Source: the human T2T-CHM13v2.0 reference genome, Homo sapiens
Length of the DNA: 64,000 bases
Assembly: GCF_009914755.1 (NCBI RefSeq)
Contig: NC_060931.1
Strand: one strand, 5' to 3'
Positions 28,863 through 43,400 of this stretch are shown in pieces (the stretch's first letter is position 1; each line of letters opens with the position of its first letter). The notes beneath the pieces were generated by a model that was given only the letters and a program-made list of their open reading frames with translations, did no database searches and was not told the origin of the DNA. The position numbers and the translations under genes are program-made.

Positions 28863-29771
28863 TTTTAAAAGGGTTTCCAAGCAAAGAGCGTCATGTCATT
28901 CAATATTAAGAGGCATTGCTCTCTGCCACTAGAAGTGGTAAGATGACAGTCTCCTCTCCCTGGGATGACCACACCTTGCCAAAAACGTGGGGCACATTCA
29001 CAGCCTCTCAAAGCCTCTCCATCATTCTTAACCGTATGGCCTTGCTCCATGAATGAAGTGCCACGGCAGCTACACACTTCACATATGCAGTTCACATCTG
29101 CAACAGATCAGGCCCTCACGTGCCAATAATGAGTGTTTTCCTTTCCAAAGCTGCAGCGCTGTTTAAGTTGAAAATGTGCTACGGCAGGGCTCCCAGCTGT
29201 TTCCTCTCACTCTACCCTCACACAGCAAAGGTCCCCAAAGCCTTCTGAATGGAGCTATAACCTTTCATGCACAACAAGAGACCCAGCAGAGAGTTACAGC
29301 CAACAGCCAACCGACAGAAATGCTGGCCCAGAAATCAGGTTTAATCTGGGACCCTGCTCTTGGCACTGATCCCTGGAGAACGAAAATTGCTAACTCAACC
29401 CCACAGAATCAATGCCACACAGAGTCACCAAGAGGCCCTAGTTGTCTGGGAACTTGACTCCAAAGCTACTACTATTAAATGTTACTTGGGGCCAGGAGCT
29501 AAAGTCTGTGGTCATGTGACATCAAACTTTCTTATTCAATAAATGCAGAAAGAACATGCATGTTTGGAGCCTAATGGAAGAATGCATTTGGTATATTTTC
29601 TGATCCTAGATTCACCTAATTTTGAAGCCATGCCCCTAAGTTCTGAGATGATAATAAAATGACATCATATCAAACTCTGAAACTCCCTAGTTTCAGGGTA
29701 CCTCAAGAAAAGACTTTTAATGACACTTTCTGTCCTTCCTGTGCTTTGACTGCTGTCCAACGAGCACTCAC

Positions 29772-29894
29772 CTGGTCCTGGGGGTCCATTTTGGTCATCA
29801 TCCTGTCTTCCAGGAGGTTAAAGGTGAGCACTTGTAGAACATACAGCTGGTGCGCCATCTCATTGTTGATGGCCCGCTGGGCTCGGATGACATG
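29772..29894 (-). CDS. ELMO1: ELMO1 123-nt coding exon, [41 protein letters not shown], phase 0/0
   Basis: ctccctag|CAT GTC ATC ... GAC CAG|gtgagt. Confidence 0.97.
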
Positions 29895-31799
29895 CTAGGG
29901 AGATGGTTCACAAATGAAATTTTTAAAAAAAGAAAGAAAAGGAAACAACTAGAATTAACACTCAAGAAGGCTCTCACAGTCTTCACTGGGAGGTATAAGG
30001 AATGGAGAAGGAAGGTGAGGGCACAGGGAATTTCAGAGCTTTCCTTTGAATTTCAGAGCCCAGTAAGGTTCCTGATCTTCAGGTCACAGTCCATGAAAAA
30101 ACCTACTGTGGGCAGGAGGGAGCGGAAGGGGAAAAGCGCTGGAAAGGGACTGATGATGGCAGCCATATAAGTCAAGAGAAGATGTGCTTGAAATGGGGGT
30201 GTCTCCAAGACAACTGTGGATTTCTACAATGGAAGCATCTGTCACACGCAGCAGAAAAACCAATGATGCATACCCATAGTAAGCAATTTTGCCATTATCT
30301 TACCCTGGGACTGTCTCTGACAGGTGAGCCCACTTCAAAATGGGGAAAAGTTTTAGAAGGAACACACAAAAGCAAAATACCCATCAAATCTTAATCCACT
30401 GTGGGAGGTACACAAGGATGTCTACCATCAAAAGCAGAGAGCAAATGCTCGTGAATTACTTTACTCACTGTTAACAATTAAATGAAAGATAAAATGACTT
30501 TTCCCCATAGAAACAGAACTGAAAAGAGAACATACAAGGAGTGGCAGGACAGGAAGACTGGATAGGTCCACCCCCAATCCCCTCACCCCTGCCCAGAAAT
30601 GGGACAGCTGCCACCAACTCAACATTCAGCATTTGGGACTAACATACAGCCTTTTCAACAGAGATTCTGACTGTACATTAAAAATGCCAAACAATGGATC
30701 AATGTGGTGGAACAACCCATCAAATCAGTTATTTCAACTGTGCTAGCCCCACTCATGCCATGCTATCTGAAAGACCAATTCTCTTGGCAATCTGTAGTTG
30801 CTCCTGGGTAGACAGACTGCTGCAAACCAACTTCTAAGTGGCCGTTCAGTAAATGACAAAGCTCCCCATTGTAGAGAAAAATGATCTTCCTCCAGGATTG
30901 GAGGAAGTCTAGGTCCTTAGAGTGCTGCCTGGGTGACTCTCAACCTGACATCCACCTGCAATCCACACCATAGCTGTCAGTGCCATGCTGAAATAGCTAA
31001 TTCAAGGAGGAGGGGTGGGAGAAGATTGAGGAATAGAAGAAAGAGGACAGGGAGGAATGAGAGAATACAGTCACCAAACCAAAATTATGGGAAGCAGGGA
31101 AGCTAGATAACAGGATGGTTAGGAGCAAATCAAACCCCTTATCCTCCAATCCTCAGAAAAGCATGTTAACTCATAGCACACACTTAGTATCCAAAGCGTA
31201 TGGGAATCTCTTTTCTTAGCAACTCGAAAGTACTGCACTCCAAGTTCTTGCAGGAGAGTACCAACCTCGAACTTCAGCCATCAACAACATCTCATACCAG
31301 AAGTCCCACTGAAGCAAACTGATTTTTGAGACAGGGTGAACACAGTCATTAATGCCACTCATATCTCAGGGCATTCTAACCCTGACTCCCACATCAAGGT
31401 AATATGAAGACACTGAGCTACCCATTGATGCTGCTGCTTCTACATTTACTGAGAGCCAATATAAAGAAGGACAGTAATTATGAATACTTCTGCACTTCCA
31501 AAATCACAATTGGACCTAGAATGTATTAAGATGCTCTCCCAAGATTCATTTCAGATTTCAGTTCCAGAGGGAAAAGGTTTATCTTTCCCGAAGAACTGGG
31601 GGACCTCTTTTTATCAAACAATGAAAGTTACACTCATACGTTTCTTGTCATCTTTGACAGCCAGGAAGTTTAAAATTGAACTAACTTGGTCACAAATTGC
31701 TGGCATTACCACTGGCTTTGGGATCTAGAACATTTATTTTCAACATTAATTTTTGATGGCTTACTTGTATTGGTGGGAGAGGGAGGGGGGATAGTGTGT

Positions 31800-32346
31800 G
31801 TGTGTATTAGACATTTGTTTCTGCTGTTGGGACATCTGGGACCTTGTTGACCCTGAAGAGACTGCTCCTCCCAGGTCTAGCCAATTCCTAGAGATAATAA
31901 ATGACTCCTTTCATATGCAAATGAATCAGTCCAGAGCCTTGGCACCCACCCCCCACTCCTCTACAAGCTCTGGCTCCTACTCTTAGGACCACTGTTCTCC
32001 TGCCCTAACCACCCAGGGCCAGGTACCAGACAACTGGAGACAGCCCATAAACTCCAAAGCCCACTGAAATTATTCAAACTAGCCAATCCTAAACCTGCTC
32101 AGCCAGCTTACCTGGCCTCACATATCCCTTCCCTCAAAAACCACAGTAAGGGCTCTCGCCCAGGTCTCCTTGGGCTTCCCCTGCCTCCTGACTCAGGAGC
32201 TTCCCCTGCCCCGACAATCCCCCAGTGGCACGGCATGCCCCCTCCTTTGGGGAACTATAATTAACAAACTTTTCAATGCCAGCCACCTCCTGATCTGTTG
32301 GCCTCACCATACTTGAATAATAATAAAACCTGCATTTGAGGACCAA
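31800..32346 (+). mobile_element. Solo ERVL-type LTR (MER54/MER74-like)
   Basis: catctgggaccttgttgaccctg...tagccaattcctagagata...tttcatatgcaaa...aataaaacc; subfamily uncertain. Confidence 0.65.
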
Positions 32347-33080
32347 GTGTTTTTAACTGTAAGCTTGCTGAACTGCTCTTTGGAATCACGCAAACAGAGA
32401 TTTTTCTTTTTCTTTCTTTTCCTCTTTTCCTTTTTTTTTTTTCTTTTTTGTAAGCAGGGCAATCAATCAACCTGCTTCTTTCAAGTAGCTGGTAAGTCAA
32501 ATAGCGGGTAAGGCCTCAGGAAATCTTGTTATTTGGTTTATTTCTAAACATTTGCAAGGTGACACTTAGGGCTTTTTTTTTTTCCACCAAGGTTTAAGGT
32601 CATCTTGCATCGCAGCGAATGAGTGGCTCCTATCTATATCTTTCCTTCCTCTCTCTTGCAAGGGGGCCCCCAAAACTGATGTTCAACATCTCAGGACTTC
32701 TCTTGGTACCTGATATGTTTACAGCTAGCTTCCTCATTGAAAGAGCAAAACCTCATCAGGGTGAATCTTTTAAGCCCTGATCTCCCTAACCTGCCCCACT
32801 GAGAGAGCTATCCAACCCTTCCGGCCAGAATGCGTTCCCCCTTTCTGTCTCCAGAGCAGTTCCAGAAACCCCTCCCTCCAATCCAATGAGGCAATTCCTG
32901 TGGGAAAGCCTTTATTTATTCCAATTCCAAAAACTCACTTTTTCCTTCATTAGAGTTCCTACTGCTTCACCACAGAAGGAAGTCACAGAACAAACCACAG
33001 ACTGAAGCCAAAAGAAGAGATTAACAAATGCACCAGGCCACTCCTCCCCCACAAAGAGGTCACAGCGCATAGGTACTCAC

Positions 33081-33131
33081 TGTTAAAATGATGGAACGCA
33101 GTTGCTTCTGAGCCAAAATATTCGCCATCTC
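33081..33131 (-). CDS. ELMO1: ELMO1 51-nt coding exon, EMANILAQKQLRSIILT, phase 0/0
   Basis: ttcttccacag|GAG ATG GCG ... TTA ACA|gtgagt. Confidence 0.97.
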
Positions 33132-34759
33132 CTGTGGAAGAAAAACACACCCACACAAAGGCTTAGGTTAGAAAGCTACATTTCGACATGGCCAAAAATG
33201 ACCTTATCCTGGGGTGTGCTTCATAACTGTATATCAGCAGTATTTCTTATGAAATAATGAACTCAAACAGGCAGTAGTATTCAAATTATTTTTTTGACTG
33301 TTTTATTTAGAATGTAAAAGCAATGTCCAAAAGCAAAGGAAAGATATCTGGCACCTGCAAACTTCTTTTCTTTAGGAATTTCTTCCTTCCAGAAAAAGGT
33401 GGGTGCTAAATAAAAATCAGGCACTCCAAACAAAGCAATGGCTATTAGAAAGCCTCATCATCTTTTATTAGACTACGTACATGCAGAAAGCTTTTATTAG
33501 GCAACACATGCCTGTAGCAAGGAGATTCCAGTATCTTCTAAAAGTCATTTCATCTTAATCTGTGCAAAACCAAAGAGTGAGTAATACATATACCAGGCTA
33601 CATAAGTGATCTGAGTGGAGTTTAAGTGAAGGGCAAATATCTGGGTGATGCAAAGCTCTAGAGTCTACACTCACTGAGCTCTGCAAGGCCTGATTTCTGC
33701 AGGTTGTTTTGTGCCTTGGCATCTCCTGACTGGTATGGAGGATTCAAGGGTGATTTTATTAAAGGAAATGATGCACAGAGTCCCTTTATAAATATTGACA
33801 AGTGGAGACTAAGGGAAAATAGTATATCAAGCATAGTCTTGGAGCACTTGGAGCCTTTTAAAGTAAAAATACTGCTCATATTCAGGAAGACACTTGACCG
33901 TTGTTTTGTGGTAGGGGGTGTTTTTGGTGTTGCTACTCTGAGTAGAGAAGAAACTAAGCCACGGTTTAAAAACTCAACCATGATTTCTACTAAGGTTAAA
34001 ACAAATTTGCAGAAAGCAAAGAAAACCAAGAACATGGGGGGTGGGGGAGATTTCTGAGGAGGGCATACAAGCAGGGGTGGACAGGAGCAGCACAGGAGAG
34101 CAGGGCCCACTTTACGCTAACAAAGGGAACGTGGGTGACTTACAGTCAGAGGACAATCAAGGATGTCAACATTGCTCTCTACATCAACCTAACGGCGTCA
34201 TCGCCACCACAGAAAGGAAAGCAAGCAGGAGAGAAGAAGGGATGGAAATTCAGAGGACTCTGTTAGAGGTTGACCACTGTATTTGAACGCCCCTGCTGAC
34301 CCACTGCATTGAAAAGTGCTTAAATACTGTAAGGTGACTCAAAAAAGCTAGATGGCACTCAAGTCAACATCCAATACTAGGTCTTATACTCTTGAAAACA
34401 AGAAAGAAGGAGCAATGACGCATTGAGAAACAACTCAAATGGTAACCCAGAAGGAACCTTCCCTTCCACGAGGCATAGAAAGCAGGGCTTTCTTGCTGAT
34501 CTTCATAGAAAGGCCCACTGGTGGTGGTTTTTTTGTTTCTCCTAGACCAGATGACAAATAAAAGCCTCAAAGGATCCTATAGCTGTTTTAATTTCTTTCC
34601 TTTAAAAAGATGAAATTATTGCTCATAAATAAAGATGGAAAAAAATATTTCTGTTCCTATGTTTGTCTATCAGTCTATAAAATTTAAAGTTAGAAGGGAC
34701 AATGTATGTCCAACTTCTACTAAAGAAATCATTGTAATTGTCTGTTTACAATATTTATT

Positions 34760-34885
34760 GTCTGCATAAGACTGTGAGTCCCTCATGAGCAGAAACTGTC
34801 TTTTTCTTTTTTGTATTCCAAGCCCAAAGTACAATGTCTGACACCGAGAAGACAATAAATGTTTGATAAAATAACAAATAAATAT
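34760..34885 (+). mobile_element. L2 3' end
   Basis: agactgtgagtccctcatgagcag...caataaatgtttg. Confidence 0.65.
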
Positions 34886-36124
34886 TTTATACTACCCTCC
34901 TAAGGAACAGCAGCTTGGTCAAAGAGAAAATAGAAATATCCATGCCTCCATTTTTTGGTCTAATAGTAAGGAATTATTGGAGTAAATGTGAGAATCCATG
35001 GGGAATATTTTATAGCATTAAAATTATGTAAAAGTATAGATAGCTACAAATATGAATCCAGATATACTGACATGGAAAGATGTCCACAAAATATTGTTTA
35101 GTTTTAAAAGAAGTTTAGAAAAACTACAATGCATGTAGTATGCTCACATTTGGTGAAAAAAAATGATGTATTAGGAGAATATTTGCACAGAACAAACAGG
35201 GAAGTAGCACCATGAAAGTCACAAGAGTTGTAAATAATTGCCGTGGTTCTGCCTCTGGGAATATAATTACAGGAATCTTTCAAACTTCTTCCTTTTGAGT
35301 CAGTATTTTCTGATTTTTCTACCAAATCTTTTAACTAACAAGTTTTTAAAATAGTGCTTATCAAAAGTATAAGTATTTGTAGAGAAATTTGGAAGGGATC
35401 TCACCAACATATTTGCCATTGAAATAGTGAACTGAATAATGGTAAAAGTTGTAAGCAAAAGGATCCATTTGCCCGCCTAACAGCAACCTCCTCCCCGACA
35501 AAACTAGCCCAGCCCTTCCCTCCGTTTGTGCCAGGAAAGTGAGAATCTCCTACATCCCAGAGGCATGGGAAAGCAAGGCCTCCACCCCTGGGGGAACCCT
35601 AGAAGGGAAGGGAGTTCCCAGAGGAGGAAGCTTTACCCTAGGCCCCAGCACAGGCCTCTCTCAGTAAGGCCTACCTCACAGATGCAAAGGAAAAAACAGC
35701 ACAGGTCCTTCTGACCATGGTGGCATTTTTTTCAGTAACAGCAGAAATAAGGTATAAGTGTTTAAAAGCATTCCAAATTCAAAGAAACCCCAGATAATGG
35801 AGTCCTGTGAATGTGTCTGGCCCCAAGTCAAAAAAAGATGAAATTTTAAAAAAGTATTTGACTGAAGTGGAATCAGGCTACTCCAAACAAAGCAATGGTT
35901 CTAAGGCTTTAAACAGATAAAACAAAAAACAAACAAAAAATAGTGTTCCTGCAAATCCAGTAAATACATGTTTAGATTATATTTCAGTCTAATTGGAGTG
36001 AGAAAATGGGCTTGGTGCTATCCAGGCTTCGGGGAGTTGTTTACTTGGCAAATACAGGAGAATTCTATGAGTGACATCTCTGACAGGCGTTGGATGGGAT
36101 GCTTTGCAGGTAAAAGCAGGGATA

Positions 36125-36315
36125 AGGTTGAGACTCGAACTCTGATTCTTACCCGCTCAGTAACCTGGTCAAGTTCTTTACTCCCTTTGAGGCTCAATTT
36201 CCTTACTTATAAAACAGAAATAATGTGGCTTTCTCTGAATATGAGAATAAAATGAAATAATGTAATATAAAACACTGAACACTGCTTGGCACATGCCAGA
36301 CTCTCAATAATATTA
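36125..36315 (+). mobile_element. MIR
   Basis: ctcaatttccttacttataaaacag...cttggcacatg...ctcaataa. Confidence 0.65.
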
Positions 36316-38127
36316 TCATTGATGGCTGACTTTGGTCAATTTTCCTATTTGCCAAAAATTCAGGACTTTTAATTTTTCAGAACATACGCCAATAACAATG
36401 CCAACGTCAAATTCAGACCAGCTGAAACTTTATTTTACTTAGAACATAGAGCCCAGACTAAGGCATACAAGCTCAGCTGTTAATATAAATCCACAGCAAC
36501 CCACATGATGTCACCAGTTAGCTCAGTCTTCTGCTTTACAGGCCTCTACTGACCTTCAGAAAATAATATCCAACAAACTTTTCTTCATTATGAATCTGAA
36601 ATCCCTTTTTAGAGCTATCTCGCTACTCACTGAAATTTTTTTAAATTTAAAAATCATGATACTCCCTTTATTTTGATGAACAATATTCTTAATTTCAAGA
36701 GTTTATAGTTTATGAAGTCCACATCACTTTTCCATGGGCAAGTAAATTAAATACCTTGTAGGTATTTTTTAGAGCTTGAATGAATGAGTCATATAATACT
36801 TCATAAATTTCTGCTGAATTATATACAGTCTTTCTTAGTTGGAATCTTTTCTTAAATGGTTTAAGGTTATTAGACTACTCTTTGTCATGGTTTATTACTC
36901 TTTGTGGTGGTTTATTAGAATAATATATAGCCAAACTGTCTCCTGTCAGTCTTATGTTGCATAGTTTTCAAAGAAAGACTTGATTCACAAAATCCAAACC
37001 TAATCTTATATCGACATTCCATTATATTACCATTATTATCAATGTCCTGAAGTTAGTACAGATTGACACCTGATTCCCTATTTGTCCATGGTCATGAGAG
37101 TCCAATTTAACAAATGAACAGTAGTGTTTGGTATAAAATAAGATGCAGTAAGCATTTTACTCATGTCTAGATTCAGAGATCCAAGTGAAATGGCCTTTAG
37201 AGTGGGCATGAACTTTCACTTCCTCTAATCCATCCTCTTCTTTCACAGATGGGGAAAGGAAACTTCCAAGAGTTGAGATCAGAATGCAACCTTCCTGACC
37301 CCACACGCTACACTCAGCTACCATGTGGCTGGGCCAGAAGTCCCCAGTCTGGCCAGCAGAAGGACCCCGTTCCTCCAATGCCCAAGTCAAGCTTGGGTAT
37401 GTACACGGTGAGAGCTTCCAGACAACTTCCGGGCTGCTTGGGAGTTATGAGTTCGGTATTTAGACTAAAATATCACAGAAGCAGCCCTATCCATGATTTC
37501 ACCTCAGATCTGCAAAGCCACTCCTAAAAATCCAGCCATGGTAAGACTGCCCCTAGCACAGGCTTGTGGAGGGCAGGCACCTCCACCTGGCTCCAGCGAA
37601 CACCAAATCAAATGTCCAGGAAACTATAAAGTGACACCACTACTTGTGCAAACACAGCCCCCCAGGGATGAATAAGAAATTCTAAATGGAAAACAAACCA
37701 GAACCCCTCATGTTTAGTCACTGAGGTTTAAAATCCTTGGCAATGAAAAAGCAAAATAAAATCCAAAAATTCTTGTCATAGCATTCAGTAGCAGGTTCGC
37801 TTTCTAATTTCTTCTAAACGAACTCACTGGCAACTGCCATCAAGCTCCCCAGCATAGTTTCTAGGTGAGTGAAAGAGCTCATATTCCCACCCACTTTTTT
37901 AAGGAAGGAAATTGTGACCAGGGTAACATATTACATGACATGTTGATTGAAAAAAACATGAATGGATTTTGAGGTGTGACCTAAATTCCAAGACAAGGCA
38001 AAATTCCACTTCTTCACATCCCCTCTGTAATGCTCCTTTCCTTCGTGAAGAAAGAAATAAAGGATCTACAGACAAAGGACACCATCAGAGGAAAGGTTCC
38101 ATGTATGTATATTAAGGGGTTCCTTCC

Positions 38128-38438
38128 TTTTTTTTTCTTTTCTTTTTTTTTTTTAAGATAGTCTTGCTCTGTCGCCCAAGCTGGAGTACAGCAGTGTGAT
38201 GTCAGCTCACTGCAACCTCTGCCTCCCGGCTTGGTTCAAGTGATTCTCCTGCCTCAGCCTCCTGAGTAGCTGGGATTACAGGCGTGCACTATCATGCCCG
38301 GCTAATTTTTGTATATTTAGTAGAGATGGGGCTTTGCCATATTGACAAGGCTAGTCTCAGCTTCCTGACCTCAAGTGATCTGCCCACCTTGGCTTCCCAA
38401 AGGGCTGGGACTACAGGTGTGAGCCACCGCACCCGGCT
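38128..38438 (-). mobile_element. AluS-like SINE
   Basis: Reverse full-length Alu. Confidence 0.92.
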
Positions 38439-39055
38439 CTTTTTATACAGGAGAGGAAACAGATGGCTCCAATTTCCCAGCCACATCCACACACAGAAGT
38501 AAGTAATCTCACCAAGCAAGGAGCCCCTCTGACATACGAATGCAGTTATCTCCACAAGGAGCAGCCATCTGCATATTATCCCTCCTGTCCTCTTACCTTC
38601 CATCACCTCCTTCCTTGGGAAAAACATGGCACCCCTCAGGGTCTGTTTCCTGATACAGAAAATGAGAACAGCACTTCCCTCAACCTAGTGAGCATCCCAT
38701 GAAATGACAGAAGGTGGCAGGGGCTCCTAACTCTGCTTCCACCACAGCAGCGTTTTCATCTTTTTACATCTGGGCTTCCAGGTTGCATTTCATTTCATGA
38801 AAAGGCTCTACTGCTGGAACACTCCTAGCATCCCTCATCAGTCAAGGGCTTATCCATCTCTACCCACTTGCCCCTGGATTTGGGAAGGACCCCAGCGGGC
38901 CAGCCGTGCAGCGGAACATAGCTGCTCTGGAGAGTCCATCTGTGGCCAGGATAGCAGAGAGGCCCAATGAGTCCCTGAATAGAAGGAGAGGGCGTTCTCT
39001 GCACACAAAGTTCCTAGCCTTGACATAGCCATAAGACTAAAGAAATGCAACTTAC

Positions 39056-39134
39056 CTGCCTCCTCTCATCAGGAGCCTTCAGGAAAAGCGCATTAATCAC
39101 TGCAATAGTATAGGTTTGGATTTCTTGATCTGAC
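39056..39134 (-). CDS. ELMO1: ELMO1 79-nt coding exon, (G)[26 protein letters not shown], phase 2/0
   Basis: ctttacag|G TCA GAT CAA ... AGG CAG|gtaagt. Confidence 0.97.
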
Positions 39135-39809
39135 CTGTAAAGATAGAGAACAATTCAGAAAATCAGAACACGAAGTCAGAAGAGGCTAGCCCTGGGTCAA
39201 ACCATGAAAAGGCTCAAAATCAGCCCCCTCCCCCCAAAAAAAGTGAGAGAGAAAGGCAGGGCCTAGAAAATGCATTTTGCACTGAGAATGCATTTCAAAC
39301 ATCACAAGGTGGTAAATATACAACTACTATTACTAGCTGACAGTACACTGGTCAGTGCAGAATGCCCAGAAATATAGGCAGCCTTCTCTCTTATTCAGAT
39401 TAAAGGCATAAACCTAGGGGATGTTGTAATTGATGTACTACTAGTAATAGATGTATGTATGTCTGTATGTATGTATGTGTATGTGTATGTATGTGTAATT
39501 TTCTGTCTGATACATGAAATATATCAGGGAGTAGTTTCAGATGTCTCCACATTCTTGGGCTAATTGGATGGCTCTATTATATATTCTAAAAATCTATTTC
39601 CAAATATAAACATTTCAATAACAAAAAGAACAGGTGTTTGTTTATAAATCTGATTTTCACTGGAAAGGAACCAGAAATAATAAAATGAAACAAAGCTCTA
39701 ATGTAAGGCAAGTGGTAAACAGTAAATAAGGAGGACGCAAGGCATAAACAAAGAGTGACTTATGAGCTACATTTAGGAATAACTTATCAGGCCAGTGAGA
39801 GAGAGGTGG

Positions 39810-40020
39810 AGCTTAGAACTAGGCCAGGATAGGGTGCAAAGCCCAGTTCATCACAGGCTGGCTGAGACCTTGGACAAGTTCATGAGTATCCCCCAAGGCA
39901 CAGTTACCTCATCTACAACATGGGGTTAGACACACTTATTTCATGGGATTGCTGTGAAGATAAAATGAGATTATGCATGTAAAATCCTTAGCACAGTACT
40001 TGGAGAATAATAAACTCTCC
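39810..40020 (+). mobile_element. MIR
   Basis: gaccttggacaagtt...cagttacctcatctacaacatgggg...atgtaaaatccttagcacagt. Confidence 0.75.
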
Positions 40021-41319
40021 ACTTTGGTAACGTGCTTTGGGATGAAGATGTGTGCCTTTGAGATTCCCACAAAAGACACAGTATATAAATTAATACAGTT
40101 CACATTCAAAGGAAATGTGAAACTGGTCTTATTTCTAGAGAAGCTACCTTACATTATCATCATTTTGAAGAATTATGATTCTGAGGCCACAATCACGGAG
40201 GCCACCACAATCCTCAGCTTCTGTGACTTAAATTTTAAATGTTGGTAATCCTCCCACCTCCAAATGAAAATAATATCTAATATAATCTGCTTTGGTAGTT
40301 TATATTATCAACACAACAGTTAACATTTCAGAGAACCATTCCCACCCTGCACCACCAACCCAAATGGGCCAATTGGGTTTCCTCTTGAGAATTTGTAATT
40401 GTGACCTAATGGACCAGGGGCAACAGTTAGGGGGAGTTGGGTCACTGTAGTGCCAACCAAAATGCTAGAGAAAAGGCCATCTGCTGAGGACTCCGGGGAA
40501 GCTATGGTTTCTCTCCTTCTCAAGGCTTAGCTACTTATGTCATTTCTGGATTCTACAAAGTACCCCAGTATTGTTCCAATAACCTCCTTTCCTGTGTAAG
40601 CAAGCTCATAATGTTTATTATCACTGCAATCCAAAATACTTGAATTTCTAAGGTAGCACTGTACAATAGAGTCCTTCTCAGGTTGGTATTGTCAGAGACA
40701 ACCTTCCTAGTTACCTCAGGGAGGAAAGAAGGGGAAAAATGCCTCAAAGACTGCAGGCTGCAGGGGCAGCTATCTTATGTCCATTTTATAGCTCAAGCCA
40801 CTAGAAAAAATCCTACATTTTATTATAAAATACAAAAGAAGAAGCTCACTAGAATCACCTTGAGCATAACTAAGAAAGAAGCCTGCCTTTAAAAATTCCT
40901 AGTAAAAATGCATAACATTACATTTCTAATTAACTATGAAAATACTCATTATATCACAGAAAACATTAACTTACATGGTTTAAGAAAGAGAACTTAAGAG
41001 AACAAATCATCCTGTTTTATCTTCTTAAAAGTAAAACTCTGCCAATATCTACCAATATCCATTAAAACTGAGAGCTTACCAAGGGCCAGGCGTGGGGACA
41101 GGCAATGCCAAGAACCAGCTTGGAGTTCAGTGAGGGACAGAGGCCAAGGGAAAGTAACCATGCCATTCCAGTGTGACACGTGGTTTGGTTATATGCCAAA
41201 TTGAGATTCTTTTTCTGTACATTTAACCAAACTATAACAACATAAAACGTTTCCCAGTGCATTACCGTGGCCATCTTCCTGAAGCATTTCTCCTCCCCAG
41301 AGCATCTTGGCATGCTTAC

Positions 41320-41471
41320 CCTTGCAGGTGTGGAATGAGCTGGCCGATGGTGATCTCCTGCGCCACTTTCTGGTAGAGGTCATGGCTATTGAGCACCATC
41401 GACTCCAAAATGGCCAAGGACCGCTGCAGGATCGAGATGTCTATGGCTGACTTGTTCACAAAACTTGCTAT
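41320..41471 (-). CDS. ELMO1: ELMO1 152-nt coding exon, [50 protein letters not shown](G), phase 0/2
   Basis: ttttcag|ATA GCA AGT ... CTG CAA GG|gtaagc; contained in track ORF 41316..41549. Confidence 0.98.
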
Positions 41472-43224
41472 CTGAAAATCCAAGTGGGACACAATTGACT
41501 GCTCGTGGTAAGTAGAGCAGAGACGTGGAGAAGGGAACAAATGAATCAAATCGGGAACTCATTTAAGAAACACCAGGCACTGAGGATGACCTGGAATTAC
41601 AGCAAAATAGCAAGAAACCCATTGAACTAGGGATTGTTCATGATATCATTACAAAGCATGATTTATCTCATCTCTATAATTCACTGATAAGCAAATGTTT
41701 TAAAAAAGACACACCTCCAAGGATTATTCTTTCTGTATTTCCTAGGATTATTCTCCTGAGTTTCATCTTTTAGGGGCAGACAATTTCAACACATATATTG
41801 TAAGGATACCTGTGTTTCTCTGGGATGGTAATGTCAACATATGTTAATTGCCATTCCTCTTGCATTCCCAGGCTACTCCTTCATCCACACAATCCATGGC
41901 TTTTATATGCTTATTATGTTCTTGTTGCATTCTTAAGGGACTCGCACAAATCTCACTTGTCAACACAATTCAACTGGCAACTTCTCAGTCACCGGCCACT
42001 CTCTTAAACGAAAAACTCGTTACCCCTTTCTTCCAATTTCTGATGGTTAAAACAAGTTCTTTTCATCTCTCCCAAATTTAGCAAACAGGAAATCATTTAA
42101 GTGAGCAGTACTAAAAGTTAAAATACTACTTTAAGCTCCAAAATAGATTCTCTAAGGAATTAATCACTAAATCCCCAAACATAATAAATCACAATGTGAG
42201 CGGAAAATAAAATAGAGGTTAGAATAATGGATCGCAGTAATCCAAACACATGGGTACCATAAAGGTTTTATTTTAGAGGCCTCATTAAAAGTTATTACTG
42301 TCTGTTGACAGCTCACAATAAAAAGCCATTATTATATCAGCATAATGACTGTTCTTAAAAGCTAAATAACTTGGTTCCACGACAAGTAAACTCTTGCTGC
42401 TTCCCCCCTGTCAACACTAATTTCTCCCTTTTTTGCTGCCCCAGAGACCACTTGCCTCATCTCCTCTCCATCTTTGCACATGATAAATGCACAGCACACC
42501 ATGGCAGTTCCCAGGTACCATCGGAATTGTCCCTAGTCCGCTGATTTCCAGGTGAAAGGAGGGGTGGGAGACGCAGATACCAACACTCTGCCTACCCCAG
42601 CTACATCTGGATCTCAGGGGTGGGAAATAATGTGAAGAAGTGCAGTGACATTATGATTTTACATTCCGAAAAGCTATTATTTTAAAATACAAACTTCAGG
42701 AAGAGTATGGAAATTTTCAGGTTCTCAAAAGACTGCTTCAGCTCTTCTCATGGCTAATAACCTTCTCCGACATGTTTACTATCCTTGGCAAGCCCTTGAC
42801 TTATTCCTCGCAGTCTGCTCCAATCCACCAAATCTACCATGCTAAGGCCACCCTTCTTTCCCTAGGTCCATCTTTCTCTGACAAAAATCCAATTATTGTC
42901 ACACTGTGTTCAGGGTTTAATACTTAACTTAGACATCTTCTAAACAGAGGATAAATTATCTGACTCCTCCCCCACCCCACCAAACCATTTTTCACGCTCT
43001 CGGCATAATTCTTGGCACTGGTATTAGGAAACTGAAGAACTCATAAAGAAATTCATTGACAATACTTCAGATTTTCTTGCAACTAATTTTCTCCTCATTC
43101 CCGGCTCCCCTGCTTGTCTCTATTTATTAAATTTGGATGTGCCTTAAGGATGCATGGAGGCTTCTGCCTGAGAAGCTGTTGCTGATATTGTCAAGCACCC
43201 TCCGCCTCCATCTTTATCCACTCT

Positions 43225-43400
43225 TTTCATTCAGCCAATATTTACTCATCATTAAGTGATCCATTTCAGTAACATGCATTGCGTGTGTACTATGTAACAG
43301 GCTTGCCCTGTCCCACAGAGCTGGAAATACAAAGATGAAAATAACAAACTTCAAGGACCTTACAGTCTAGTATGGACAGATAAAAAGGCATTTACTATGA
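43225..43400 (-). mobile_element. L2 fragment
   Basis: ttcattcagccaatatttac...caaggaccttacagtctag. Confidence 0.5.

Noticed and set aside
33658-34110. Overlapping 150-aa (-) and 117-aa (+) ORFs
   Set aside because: No recognisable homology or exon signals; lengths are compatible with chance.
36875-36918. Imperfect 20-bp tandem repeat
   Set aside because: Ordinary slippage product with no functional cue.
41472-41549. N-terminal extension of the ORF covering the 152-nt exon
   Set aside because: Intronic read-through upstream of a canonical acceptor, with a non-ATG start.
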